Positions 11,175 through 20,723 of a stretch of 64,000 nucleotides of DNA are shown here, one piece after another. This DNA is from Nitrospinales bacterium (lineage in GTDB: Bacteria > Nitrospinota > Nitrospinia > Nitrospinales > VA-1): the NCBI GenBank assembly GCA_965262115.1, contig OZ253496.1:1540447-1604446 (forward strand), read 5' to 3'. Within the stretch, counting starts at the first letter, position 1. Each line of letters opens with the position of its first letter. The position numbers and the translations under genes are program-made. Below the pieces are notes generated by a model. It was not told the origin of the DNA, did not search any database, and saw only the letters and a list, made by a program, of their open reading frames with translations.

Positions 11175-12043
11175 CTAGGGATTGTGGGCAAAAGAGCTCT
11201 GCCCCTCCAGGGTTTTCAACTCTTCGATTTCTTGATCTGCAAGAATTTTATAAATATCCAGAACGCTTCGGTGTACATAGGGATCGTCATTTTTCAAGGC
11301 CAGGGCAGACCAGTAGCGGGAAAGGGCCTCCCGGAACATTTTTTTCTTCTTATACAAGTCCCCGAGTTTGACATAAATTTCCAACCGCTTTGGTTCCAGA
11401 ACTGAAACCCTTTCAAAATAGTTCGCGGCCTCAAAATAATCTCCCGACCGTTTATATTCTTCAGCCAGAGCTTCCAGATAAGCAGGGTTCTCTGCTTCCA
11501 GATCAATGGATTGTTTCAGGTGCTCAATGCCTTGAGCAAACTTTTCCCGTTTCAGGTGCAACCGCCCCAGCCGATAGTGGGTGAGAGCATGTCGGCTATC
11601 AATACTCAAGGCCTTGAGATATTTTTGCTCCGCCTCGGCAAACTTTCCTTCCCGCTCCTTGAACTCTCCCAATCAGGATTTTTATTTGCCGCAGTTTCAA
11701 GTTGCCTGAAAGCCTCGTCCCGGTTTCCCTTGTTGTAATGAATTCCCGCCAGGTTAATGCGGCTGAAAGTGTCTTCGGTGATTTTCAGGATATCCCGGTA
11801 AAGGTTTTCGGCCTGGTCGGTCTTGTCCTGGTCCTGATATACAATGGCCAGGTTGTACATAGAGAAGGTGTCGTTGGGGTTTTTCCGGAGTGCCAGGTTG
11901 TACTCTTCAATGGCTTTGGCCAGTTCCTGATTGTCGTAGTGCTCCACGCCTTTGTTGAAGTGGCTGTCGATAGGAGCGGGAACATTGGCGCAGCCGAAGA
12001 AAAATAAAGCCGCTATTATAACCCCGTTGTTTATTTTAATCAT
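11175..12043 (-). pseudogene. TPR-repeat lipoprotein split by a 1-nt frameshift
   Basis: ORFs 11606-12043 (lipobox FFFGC, TPRs) and 11175-11672 (TPRs) overlap. Reading ...AANKNPD then LGEFKEREGKFAEAEQ restores a regular TPR pattern if 1 nt is added near 11666-11672. Confidence 0.55.
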
Positions 12044-12049
12044 CGTTGT

Positions 12050-13165
12050 CTAATTGCCGGATACTTTGTCCAGCCGTTTCATCCGGATGTTGGCTTGTCC
12101 GGGAGCAGTGGCCTCCGCGGGTGGAACGGGCACTTCATCAGATTTGCGAATCAGTTTCCAGGGGTTCCGTTTCAAGTCTTCGGTCAGGGATTTCAGGTTT
12201 TGCGATGTTTCGTTCATGTTCTGGATAAGTTGAAGCAGGTTTCTGCGGTTTTCCACCATGATGGAGTTGCCCTGGCCGAGAGTCTGTTCAACGCTCGTTG
12301 CGGTGCGGTCTATATCGATGGTGATTTCCCGTGCGTTCGTTTCCATACTATTGATCAAACTGGTTACACCCGGTCGCGTGTCAGCAAGCAGGATTTCCAT
12401 TTCCCGCGTCAGGTTATGAATCTGATCGATGATTTTGCGGATGTCCTTATCCTTGTCGGTGAACAGCTTGTCGGTTTTTTCTGAAACCGAAGCCACATGG
12501 TCGAAAGTGGATTGCAGTTTGCCGCTGTTTTTATCCAGCATGTCGGAAACCTTTTCGGAAATCTCCAGGGCATTTTCCATATTGGCCCGGATATATTTGC
12601 GGTTTTCTTCCAAGATCGTATCGACATTTGCGAGAGAGGTTCGAACATCTTTTAATGTGGCACGGGCATCGGTAACAAGTTCCCCTGTCAGTTGGGTAAA
12701 ACGCCGGATCTCCAACACCACCTCGGTAGCCATGTCGCCAATTTTAGCGATTTCAAACGAGTCCTCCCCAATCAACTCCTCATTGTCCTCTAAAGGTGGT
12801 GACCCTTGCGTACCGGGCCGCACGTCTATATAAAGCCCTCCCATCAGTCCGGAAGTTTTGATCATGGCGACGGAATTCTTTTTGATGATGATCTGAGGGT
12901 TGATTTCGGCCATCACTACCACTCGGTCATGGCCCTGATCATCCCCTAGCAATTCTATGTCCCTGACCGAGCCAATATCGAGCCCGGCATAACGTACCGG
13001 CGCGCCCACTTCCATCCCACCCGTAAAATTGAACACGATACGCAACATCTTCATGGGTTTGAAATAATCCTTAATATCGCCCAACACGAAGATCATTACG
13101 ATCAAAACCACCATGCTGACGAAAATAAAAAACCCGGCTTTAACTTCTGAGGAACGATATTCCAT
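12050..13165 (-). CDS. mlaD: MlaD / MCE-domain protein of the Mla-type lipid ABC transporter, with a long helical C-terminal extension
   Basis: 371-aa ORF with an N-terminal TM segment followed by an MCE domain (VRYAGLDIGSVRDIEL). Confidence 0.8.
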   Translation of the reverse strand: MEYRSSEVKAGFFIFVSMVVLIVMIFVLGDIKDYFKPMKMLRIVFNFTGGMEVGAPVRYAGLDIGSVRDIELLGDDQGHDRVVVMAEINPQIIIKKNSVAMIKTSGLMGGLYIDVRPGTQGSPPLEDNEELIGEDSFEIAKIGDMATEVVLEIRRFTQLTGELVTDARATLKDVRTSLANVDTILEENRKYIRANMENALEISEKVSDMLDKNSGKLQSTFDHVASVSEKTDKLFTDKDKDIRKIIDQIHNLTREMEILLADTRPGVTSLINSMETNAREITIDIDRTATSVEQTLGQGNSIMVENRRNLLQLIQNMNETSQNLKSLTEDLKRNPWKLIRKSDEVPVPPAEATAPGQANIRMKRLDKVSGN

Positions 13166-13168
13166 AGA

Positions 13169-13975
13169 TCAGGCTCGACTCATTTCTTTAAGTTCTTCCC
13201 CATAATCTGTCTGGCTTTTGCTGAACGGAATGGGTCCGTCCGGACTGCCTTCAATAAACTGGATCACTTTTGGGTCATCGCTGTTCCTGATTTCCTCCGG
13301 CGTACCCTCCGCGATGATCTTGCCTTTGAAGAGCATAATAATTTTATCCGAAATACGCATGGCGCTGGGGATTTCGTGCGTGACCACCACCGAGGTGATG
13401 CCCATTTTCCTGCTGAGGTCCATGATCAACTTGTCAATCACGCCAATGGAAATTGGATCCAGTCCCGCCGATGGCTCATCATAAAAAACAATTTTTGGAT
13501 CGAGAGCGATGGCCCGGGCCAGGGCAATGCGTTTGATCATGCCGCCGGAAAGTTGGGCTGGCTTGAGGTGCTCCGCTCCTCTTAGCCCGACCATTTCCAG
13601 TTTCATCTTAACCATGATAAGAATGGTGCCCTCGTTGAGGTCGGTATGCTCCCGCATGGGCAAGGCGACATTGTCCTCCACCGTCAGGGAGTTGAACAAG
13701 GCTCCGCTTTGGAACATGATGCCAAACTTTTTGCGGACACGATTGATCTCCTCGCCCTTGAACTGGCTGACTTCTTCGCCATCAATCCAAATTTCTCCCG
13801 AGTCGGGGCGATAAGCCCCTATTAAATGTTTGAGGACGGTGCTTTTGCCACTGCCACTGCCGCCAATGATGGAAGTGATCTGGCCTTTCTCCATGTGCGC
13901 GTTGAAATCTTCCAGAACAGTGATGCGCTGGTCGCCTTCTCCAAACGATTTTTTCAGGTTCTTGATTTGTATCAT
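13169..13975 (-). CDS. mlaF: ABC transporter ATP-binding protein MlaF
   Basis: 268-aa ORF with Walker A GGSGSGKST, signature LSGGM and Walker B VFYDEP. Confidence 0.85.
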   Translation of the reverse strand: MIQIKNLKKSFGEGDQRITVLEDFNAHMEKGQITSIIGGSGSGKSTVLKHLIGAYRPDSGEIWIDGEEVSQFKGEEINRVRKKFGIMFQSGALFNSLTVEDNVALPMREHTDLNEGTILIMVKMKLEMVGLRGAEHLKPAQLSGGMIKRIALARAIALDPKIVFYDEPSAGLDPISIGVIDKLIMDLSRKMGITSVVVTHEIPSAMRISDKIIMLFKGKIIAEGTPEEIRNSDDPKVIQFIEGSPDGPIPFSKSQTDYGEELKEMSRA

Positions 13976-14793
13976 CAGAGTACAAAGAAAAATAAGGATG
14001 TAAATATCAGATCGGCGATGATCACCAAAATCATCGATACCACCACGGCCGTGCGGGTGTTCTGCCCGACCATTTCCGCTCCGCCTTCAATAACGAAGGC
14101 CATATAACTGCCAACCATGACAATAATGACAGCAAATACTGCACTCTTGATCAGCCCGGTCACGACATCCTTCATCACCATGGCGTCCAGGGAGTTGTTG
14201 ACATAGGTCACCGGGTCGATTCCCAACGTGGTGACGCCAATCAAAAACCCGCCTAATATCCCCATCAAGTCTGCCATGATGGTCAGGCAGGGGAGCATGA
14301 TTAAAAGAGCGATAAACCGGGGAGTGATTAAAAACTTAACGGGATCCAACGCCATGATCTCAAGGGCCAGCACTTCATCGGAAACCTTCATCGTCCCCAT
14401 TTCGGCGGTGAACGCGGCCCCAACCCGTCCAGACATGACCAGTGCCGTCATCAACGGCCCCAGCTCACGCAAAATGGCAACCCCCACCAATGCGCCAACA
14501 AACTCCAAGGCCCCCAACCGGCTCAACTGGTGTGCCGACTGAAACGCAAGAATGACCCCGATCAGAAACGAAACCAGAAAAACAATGGTGGTGGACTTGA
14601 CCCCAACCTCTTCCATCTGTGTCCACACCGGACGCCATTTATTGGGTTTGCCGCGCAAGGGTTCTATGAAGGTGCAATATAAAGTGGAACGGGTGAGATA
14701 ATACAACCCGCTGATTTCCTTGAAAAAATTTTCCAAGACATCAGTGAGCTCGAATCCCCTTCTCCCTATAAACCCGAAAAATGATCTGACCAT
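13975..14793 (-). CDS. mlaE: ABC transporter permease MlaE
   Basis: 272-aa polytopic ORF of the MlaE/Ttg2B type. It overlaps mlaF by 1 nt. Confidence 0.85.
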   Translation of the reverse strand: MVRSFFGFIGRRGFELTDVLENFFKEISGLYYLTRSTLYCTFIEPLRGKPNKWRPVWTQMEEVGVKSTTIVFLVSFLIGVILAFQSAHQLSRLGALEFVGALVGVAILRELGPLMTALVMSGRVGAAFTAEMGTMKVSDEVLALEIMALDPVKFLITPRFIALLIMLPCLTIMADLMGILGGFLIGVTTLGIDPVTYVNNSLDAMVMKDVVTGLIKSAVFAVIIVMVGSYMAFVIEGGAEMVGQNTRTAVVVSMILVIIADLIFTSLFFFVL

Positions 14794-14929
14794 GAAAATG
14801 CTAATGCCCGTTAGAAATGGAACAAAAGGTTAACGAACCCGCATCACGATTCTCACGTACAAGGTCCTCATCTAGAAGCGCAACAAATGTTGTTCGCTCT
14901 AAAAGGCCTCAACTCACTGCCTGCGGAGG

Positions 14930-15265
14930 CTACTCCGTAAGGGCTTGTTCTTTTGTGTCGAAAACTTCAAACACGCTTAACAGACGTGCGATCTCAAACA
15001 CGTCCTTGACGCCGGGGTTCAAAGCCGCAAGGCGGAATTTGTTCTTGCTGTTGTGGCTCCATTGCAAGCCTTCCACAAGAGTGGCGATGCCAGAGCTGTC
15101 AATGTAGGAAACTCCTGATAAATCCACAACGATGACCTTATTGTTGTTCTGAAAAAGAGGAGCCAAAGCATCTCTAACTTTGGTCGAAGAACTCATGTCG
15201 ATATCGCCAGTAACTTCGAGGGTCACCGTATCCCCGGCTTTATCCAGTTTTAAATCTATACTCAT
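14930..15265 (-). CDS. STAS-domain protein (anti-sigma-factor antagonist SpoIIAA/RsbV-like; possible MlaB analogue)
   Basis: Start chosen at the internal ATG at 15265 (SD AGAGG; 2 nt after the kinase stop). It has the motif DLSGVSYIDSSGIATL containing the conserved phosphorylatable serine. Confidence 0.8.
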   Translation of the reverse strand: MSIDLKLDKAGDTVTLEVTGDIDMSSSTKVRDALAPLFQNNNKVIVVDLSGVSYIDSSGIATLVEGLQWSHNSKNKFRLAALNPGVKDVFEIARLLSVFEVFDTKEQALTE

Positions 15266-15267
15266 AG

Positions 15268-15705
15268 TTACCTCTTGTCCTGTGTCGACGTCAGTCCGGT
15301 TCTTAATTTTTTTATCATGGTCAGCAATGTGCCCTTGGCCCGGTTGGTGCAATAGCTGACCTCATCCATAATTTCATTCATGAAATGGGTGCCCAGTCCA
15401 CCCGGTTTTACATCCCCCAGGCTCCGCGGTTTTATCTGGTCAAGATCGCATTGTTTGCCGTAGTCGCGAATCTGAACTTTGAAGTTATCCTCTTCAATGG
15501 TGAAGGTGGCCTCAATCAGTTCATCGCAGGAACCTTCGTAACTGTGCTTGATCACGTTCGCGCAGGCCTCATCGACACAAAGGATCAGGCGGCGGGCTGT
15601 ATCCTCGGGCACATCATGGCTGTCCAAAAGCTCCTGCAAAACTTTACGAATCAATCCCAGGTATTTCGGGTCACTCGGTATAGAAAGTTTGATGGGTTGG
15701 GGCAT
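15268..15705 (-). CDS. RsbW/SpoIIAB-like serine protein kinase (HATPase_c anti-sigma regulatory factor)
   Basis: 145-aa ORF with N-box EACANVIKH and G-boxes DYGKQ...GGLGTHFMNEIMDEV. Confidence 0.8.
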   Translation of the reverse strand: MPQPIKLSIPSDPKYLGLIRKVLQELLDSHDVPEDTARRLILCVDEACANVIKHSYEGSCDELIEATFTIEEDNFKVQIRDYGKQCDLDQIKPRSLGDVKPGGLGTHFMNEIMDEVSYCTNRAKGTLLTMIKKLRTGLTSTQDKR

Positions 15706-15869
15706 AGGTCCTCGCTGGTATTAATTTAAAACTATTATAACGATCAAACCCCCGTTATTTCAATCATATCACCCACTGACGCGGGGAGCAATGGGCAATA
15801 GGTATAAAGCGGTCAGGTGTTGTTGAAGGCTGAAAAAGTCGAGTTAGTTGTCTGTGGCGCCTTGCTGCT

Positions 15870-16329
15870 TTATAAGGCTTTAAAGGTCAGGGAGGTGAGG
15901 TCGTCGAACTGGGGGGCGTCGCCGATGAATTGTTTGATGGAGGTTTCCAGATTTTGCAGGAATTCTTTCGCTTGGGCGGTATTGTCGGCAAACAGGTTTT
16001 TCAACCGATCGACTCCGAATTCCTTCTGCTGTTTGTTTTTGGGTTCGGTCACTCCATCGGTGAAAATAAGAATCTCGTCCCCGCTTTTAAGGCAATGTTC
16101 TTCCTGGCTGTATTGCATATGCACCCTCATCGACCAGCAATAAACTGCAGGCATCGGCATTCATGACTTTTTTGGCAACATTCATGATGGTGTCGAGAAG
16201 ATTGGCGAGATTCGGTTCGGAATTGATCAGGGAGGTGATTTTGTAGCAGGTTTCCAACTGGTCGATCCGCCGTTCCATTTGGGCCAGCCGTGAATCTGTG
16301 GAAGGCAATGCGTCTTTATCTGTACTCAT
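15870..16329 (-). pseudogene. Remnant of a GAF-PP2C (RsbU/SpoIIE-type) phosphatase with an internal deletion plus frame change
   Basis: ATG at 16329 with SD GGAGGA. The N-terminal coiled coil and the start of a GAF domain (...VMNADACSLLLVDE) join out of frame to a PP2C C-terminus only (...GDEILIFTDGVTEPKNK...FDDLTSLTFKAL). About 150 codons remain; intact homologues have roughly 380 or more. Confidence 0.65.
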
Positions 16330-16519
16330 GGTCCTCCATATCAGGAGAGGTGACTTGTAAGGCCGAGATAACTCGTTGCTTGCTTGATGGGTTACTCTTA
16401 TTGCCACCGGCGGCTCGCCGGTTGGCCTCACGCCGAGTGGTGGAGAAATAACTTTAACTTAGCCGCTAAGATAGCTAAAATGTGATAGTGGGTCAAACCG
16501 TTTCCCCAATATCTCGTTT

Positions 16520-16840
16520 ATGGACAGAAAGCTAAAACAAAGCTCAAGCGGGAACTGGTCAGAAATTAGGTCGGTTCTTTTTCAGTCTCTTCCTGATGAA
16601 ATGTTTTCCAAGGCGAATCAACAGGAATGGCTGACCTATCATTGGAACCTGGTAGTGGGAAAAGAAATTTCAGGGGTTTCCACCATTGACAAGGTGGCGC
16701 GGGGGATACTCCATGTACGGGTAGAGGGTAAGGAGTGGGTGCCAGTTTTGGATCTGTTAAAAAGCAAAATCGTGCAGGAAATAAATAGCAGGGCAGGTGA
16801 ACCGTTGTTAAACGGTATTGTGTTTAAGGCAGTGGCCTGA
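16520..16840 (+). CDS. DUF721 (DciA-like) protein
   Basis: 106-aa ORF with the pattern W..VVG..I...T....V..GIL.V.V....W, typical of DUF721. Confidence 0.6.
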   Translation: MDRKLKQSSSGNWSEIRSVLFQSLPDEMFSKANQQEWLTYHWNLVVGKEISGVSTIDKVARGILHVRVEGKEWVPVLDLLKSKIVQEINSRAGEPLLNGIVFKAVA

Positions 16841-16924
16841 TATGCTCTAAAGAAAAATTTTCTATATGTCAGGGCAATCCAGAAGATGAAAGCTATAGCC
16901 TGTGAATTAAAGTCTATTTGCAGA

Positions 16925-17095
16925 ATCAGCCAGCGGAGAGCCTCCGCAGGCGTAATGTTTTTCCTTGGCCTTCGTGCCCCGGAGGGGTACAAATTGCAAT
17001 ATCTTTCCCTGGCTAGAAATGATTTTCCCGGTTGGGCAAGCCATTGCCCAGTTGCCTCCACGGCTAGTGGGCGGAGAGCCTCCGCTGCAGGTTTA
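16925..17095. repeat. Cluster of short hairpin repeat modules
   Basis: It contains GCGGAGAGCCTCCGC twice, CTTCGTGCCCCGGAGGGGTA, AATTGCAATATCTTT and GTTGCCTCCACGGCTAGTGG (17051-17070). All of these recur elsewhere in the window. Confidence 0.8.
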
Positions 17096-17098
17096 TTC

Positions 17099-18859
17099 AT
17101 GCTCCTGTTCCTGGCGAGTTGCACGACAATACCCGGAGTCCCGGATTCAACGACTTCTGACTTGTCTTCTTCCTATGCGGTTTTGTCGTTCGAAAAGAAA
17201 AAACAACTTTCCGGGAAACTGGATACGCGGGATCCCCGCTCCTATTACCACTACCTGCTGGCCCTGAAGGCGGAAAAGGGCTACCAGATGGATCAGGCCG
17301 CTGTGCATTATAAAGAAGTGGTCCAGTATGATCCGGAAACAGAAAGGTTCCATGAAAAATGGGTTCGCCTGTTGCTCCGTACCGGTCAGTTGGATGAGGC
17401 CGTTGAAGCCGGTCAAAATGCACTGGCCCGTTTTCCCAACAACGAGGAAATTTTGATGGTCCTGGGGGATATTCTGGCCAGTCAGGGGAAAGCGGAAGAG
17501 GCCATCACGTATTATGACCGGATTAGCCGGGTTGCCTCTGGAAATGCCCGGGCTCCGTTACTGAAAGGTTCTTTGTTAGAGGGGTTGGAGCGATTTAACC
17601 AGGCTTTTGAAGAGTATAAGAAAGCGGCGTTGATAGAGCCGAAAAATCCTCTGGTGCAGTTTTATCTGGGCCGGGCCTATTTGCGGGCCAACCAGTTGCC
17701 GGAGGCCGAAAAGAGTCTTGAAACGGCAGTTTCCCTGAAGCCCAACCTTCTCCAGGCCCGACACCATTTAGCCTGGGTGCTCGAACGTCAGGGCAGAACC
17801 GTTGAAGCGTTGAAAGAATATGGGCTATTGTTAAAGCTGACACCGGATAACGAATATATTAAAAATCGGGTTTCACAGCTTCACTCTTCGGATTCTTTGG
17901 GTCAGAGCCCCTCGCAGGGTTTTGAAGCCATTCCCTCCGGCTTGGCAGAGCAACCCGATATCCATATGCGTATCGCAACGATATATTTTGAGCAAACTCT
18001 ATATATGAGAGCATTGGATGAGTTTCAGCTTGTTCTGGCCAAACACGATTACAAGGATCCGCATGTTCTCATGGCCCGGATTTATGAAACTCACGGCCGC
18101 CTGGACAAAGCCGTTGAGGAGTTTGAAAAACTCAGAAAGCTGGAACCGCAATCCCTGGACCTTCTCCTTTATACGGCCCGGCTCTATAGCTTGATGAAAA
18201 AAACACAAAAATCGGTGGGTCTGCTCAATGAGGCCGTTGCAATAGAACCGGAGAACGACCAGATACATCACTCTCTGGCACTGGCCTACATGGCCCTCAA
18301 AAAAAATGAGGAGGCCATTGCAACCATGCGGAAAGCTTTGGCTTTGAACCCTCAAAAAGATTCCTACTATTTTGATCTGGGCGCCCTGATGGAAAAAGCC
18401 GGAGATTACCAAGGGGCCATTGCAAATATGAGGCTGGCGATTGAGTTAAATCCTTTGCACTATAACGCACATAATTTTTTGGGGTACATGTATGCGCTGG
18501 AAGGACACGACCTTGACCAGGCCCTTGAGCATCTGAAAAAGGCCCTGACCATCCAGCCTCGCAACGGCTATTTCCTGGACAGCCTGGGTTGGATTTATTT
18601 CAAAAAAGGCGAATCGGAAAAAGCTTTAACGCAAATTCAGAAGGCCTTGATCTACACCGAGCCGGACCCGGTACTTTATGACCACCTTGGGGATATTCTG
18701 TTCTCTCTGGAAAATTACGATGAAGCCAATTGGGCATGGAGAAACAGCCTGTTTCTCACTGTGAATCCAAAAGACGACCTGGGTGGAGAAGCGCCGGACC
18801 CGCAAACACTTAAGAATAAAATTAATAAATCGAAAAGGCTTTTACAAAAGAGCTATTAA
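17099..18859 (+). CDS. Large TPR-repeat lipoprotein
   Basis: The ORF track starts at 16886, but its first ~70 codons are repeat-module sequence. The ATG at 17099 gives MLLFLASC (lipobox), then about 580 aa of TPRs. The start is uncertain. Confidence 0.7.
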   Translation: MLLFLASCTTIPGVPDSTTSDLSSSYAVLSFEKKKQLSGKLDTRDPRSYYHYLLALKAEKGYQMDQAAVHYKEVVQYDPETERFHEKWVRLLLRTGQLDEAVEAGQNALARFPNNEEILMVLGDILASQGKAEEAITYYDRISRVASGNARAPLLKGSLLEGLERFNQAFEEYKKAALIEPKNPLVQFYLGRAYLRANQLPEAEKSLETAVSLKPNLLQARHHLAWVLERQGRTVEALKEYGLLLKLTPDNEYIKNRVSQLHSSDSLGQSPSQGFEAIPSGLAEQPDIHMRIATIYFEQTLYMRALDEFQLVLAKHDYKDPHVLMARIYETHGRLDKAVEEFEKLRKLEPQSLDLLLYTARLYSLMKKTQKSVGLLNEAVAIEPENDQIHHSLALAYMALKKNEEAIATMRKALALNPQKDSYYFDLGALMEKAGDYQGAIANMRLAIELNPLHYNAHNFLGYMYALEGHDLDQALEHLKKALTIQPRNGYFLDSLGWIYFKKGESEKALTQIQKALIYTEPDPVLYDHLGDILFSLENYDEANWAWRNSLFLTVNPKDDLGGEAPDPQTLKNKINKSKRLLQKSY

Positions 18860-18868
18860 GAAGGTCCG

Positions 18869-19681
18869 TTGAATTCCTACCTGTTAACGCGTGTGACCAA
18901 CCTCCCTCATTTTTTCAGATTCCTAATTTTTGTTTTGTTGGGCTGGGGATGTCAGCCTCGTGTCGAACCAATCGCTCCGCATTTTTTAAAAGATTCAATC
19001 ACCACCGATTACGTTTTAAAAAGGCAGGTAGACCGGGCGGGGCAAATTAAAAACCTTAAATCATTCACCCGCACCAGCTTTTTAGGTCCTAAGCGGAAGC
19101 AAAGTTTCCGTCAGTCTTTATTGATTCAGAGTAGCCAGTCTATTCGGGTGGATACCTATGGCTTGTTTGGTCAGGCTCTGGGTGTTTTCACCCACCATGA
19201 GGGCAAGACCACGTTTTTTGATCCGGCAAAAGGCAGGATTTATTGCGGGGCAGAAGTGGAATCCCTGATGGAGAGAATGCTGGGAACACAAGTGGATTTT
19301 TACGAGCATCTCAGAATTTTTATCGGCCATATCCCAAGACTTGAGCTGCTTAAGGTTTTAAAATCGCGTTTGAATTTAGACCGGACGCGATACATCCTGC
19401 AATTGACCGATATCCTGCGGGGTGGTCGCGTGACCCTGCAATTTTCCGCCACGACTTTGCTTCCTCTTGCGATGACTCGCTATCTGGAGGGAGGGCGCGC
19501 CGTCTATTCGGTCACATGGCAGGAATACGCAAAAGTGGGGGAGCATGACTTTCCTCATCTGGTGACGTTAACATTTCCTGAAAAACAGGAAACGATCAGG
19601 GTGAAATATAAAAATCCGATCATCAACCAGGGACTGCCTGCAGACACGTTTCAACTCCCTTTACCTGCTTCGAGAAGTTGA
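18869..19681 (+). CDS. LolB-like / DUF4292-like outer-membrane lipoprotein
   Basis: 270-aa ORF with lipobox LLGWGC. Its position immediately upstream of ispE-prs mirrors the lolB-ispE-prs arrangement known from E. coli. Sequence similarity was judged by eye only. Confidence 0.45.
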   Translation: MNSYLLTRVTNLPHFFRFLIFVLLGWGCQPRVEPIAPHFLKDSITTDYVLKRQVDRAGQIKNLKSFTRTSFLGPKRKQSFRQSLLIQSSQSIRVDTYGLFGQALGVFTHHEGKTTFFDPAKGRIYCGAEVESLMERMLGTQVDFYEHLRIFIGHIPRLELLKVLKSRLNLDRTRYILQLTDILRGGRVTLQFSATTLLPLAMTRYLEGGRAVYSVTWQEYAKVGEHDFPHLVTLTFPEKQETIRVKYKNPIINQGLPADTFQLPLPASRS

Positions 19682-20580
19682 TGACAGCGTCTAGCGTTTC
19701 TTTTAAGACCCCGGCAAAAGTGAATCTGGGGCTCCATATTCTTGGCAAGCGTGAAGACGGTTTTCATGAACTCGAAACCCTGTTTCAAATGGTGAACTGG
19801 TGTGACGAGATTAAGTTGGAACGTCTTTCGTACGGATTGGAGTTGGTCTGCAACCAGCCGGATATTCCTGCCGATGAAGGCAATCTGGCTATAAAAGCCG
19901 TCCGCCTGTTAGAAACGCACTATTCTGATCGCTGTAAGGGTGTAAGAATCCATTTAAAGAAAAACATTCCCCATGGGGCCGGGTTGGGGGGAGGCAGTGG
20001 CAATGCCGCCGGGGTTTTGCTGGGACTCAACTTTTTGTGGGATTTGCAAATAAAACGGAAAGACCTGATTCTTATAGCTTCCGAACTGGGTTCGGATGTG
20101 CCTTTTTTCCTGCTTTCCCCCTGCGCTATTGGAAGGGGTCGGGGAGAAATTCTCGAATCGGTAAAAAGTTCCATTAGATTTTATGTTTTAATGGTTTACC
20201 CGGGGTTTGCCGTGTCCACGGCGATGGTTTATGGAAATCTAAAATTGAATTTGACAAAGCGGGAAAATAATATTAACATTTTGAAAAATTTTCTCTTGCA
20301 GTCGGAGTTTGCCCAATTGGGGGCGGCCTGGTCCAATGATTTGGAACCCGTTGTATTTCAAGAGCATCCGGGTATTTCTGAGATAAAAAAAGAGATGCTT
20401 GCTTTGGGAGCAAAGGGGGCGCTCCTTTCAGGAAGTGGCTCCACTGTCTTTGGTATTTTCGACAATCCCGAAACAGCGAAAAGTGCGTACGCCCGGTTGG
20501 AGAGAGGGGAATTCCGGCTGTTTTTAGCTGAAAGCGTTGCCAGTTTATCCGAATTATATCCTGAGGAAATGTTGTGTTAA
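19678..20580 (+). CDS. ispE: 4-diphosphocytidyl-2-C-methyl-D-erythritol kinase IspE
   Basis: 300-aa GHMP kinase with [23 protein letters not shown] and the P-loop-like [14 protein letters not shown]. Confidence 0.9.
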   Translation: MMTASSVSFKTPAKVNLGLHILGKREDGFHELETLFQMVNWCDEIKLERLSYGLELVCNQPDIPADEGNLAIKAVRLLETHYSDRCKGVRIHLKKNIPHGAGLGGGSGNAAGVLLGLNFLWDLQIKRKDLILIASELGSDVPFFLLSPCAIGRGRGEILESVKSSIRFYVLMVYPGFAVSTAMVYGNLKLNLTKRENNINILKNFLLQSEFAQLGAAWSNDLEPVVFQEHPGISEIKKEMLALGAKGALLSGSGSTVFGIFDNPETAKSAYARLERGEFRLFLAESVASLSELYPEEMLC

Positions 20581-20622
20581 CGACCACCCTAGCGCATTGG
20601 TGCGGATTGGGTTTTTATACTT

Positions 20623-20698
20623 TGGGGCGTCGTCAAGTGGCTAAGACACAGGATTTTGATTCCTGCATTCGGAGGTTCGAGTCCTCCCGCCCCAGCCA
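20623..20698 (+). tRNA. tRNA-Gln (anticodon UUG), CCA encoded
   Basis: Manual cloverleaf: acceptor TGGGGCG/CGCCCCA, anticodon stem CAGGA/TCCTG with loop TTTTGAT, T arm GGAGG-TTCGAGT-CCTCC. 76 nt in total. Confidence 0.9.
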
Positions 20699-20723
20699 GA
20701 TTTTTACGGGGATTATTTATAGA

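Noticed and set aside
16886-17098. N-terminal 71 codons of the 657-aa TPR ORF
   Set aside because: This stretch is made of recognisable intergenic repeat modules. The lipobox-containing start at 17099 is more plausible, although its signal peptide is short.
20574-20723. Upstream extension of the prs ORF
   Set aside because: It overlaps tRNA-Gln (20623-20698). A typical Prs N-terminus begins at ATG 20724.
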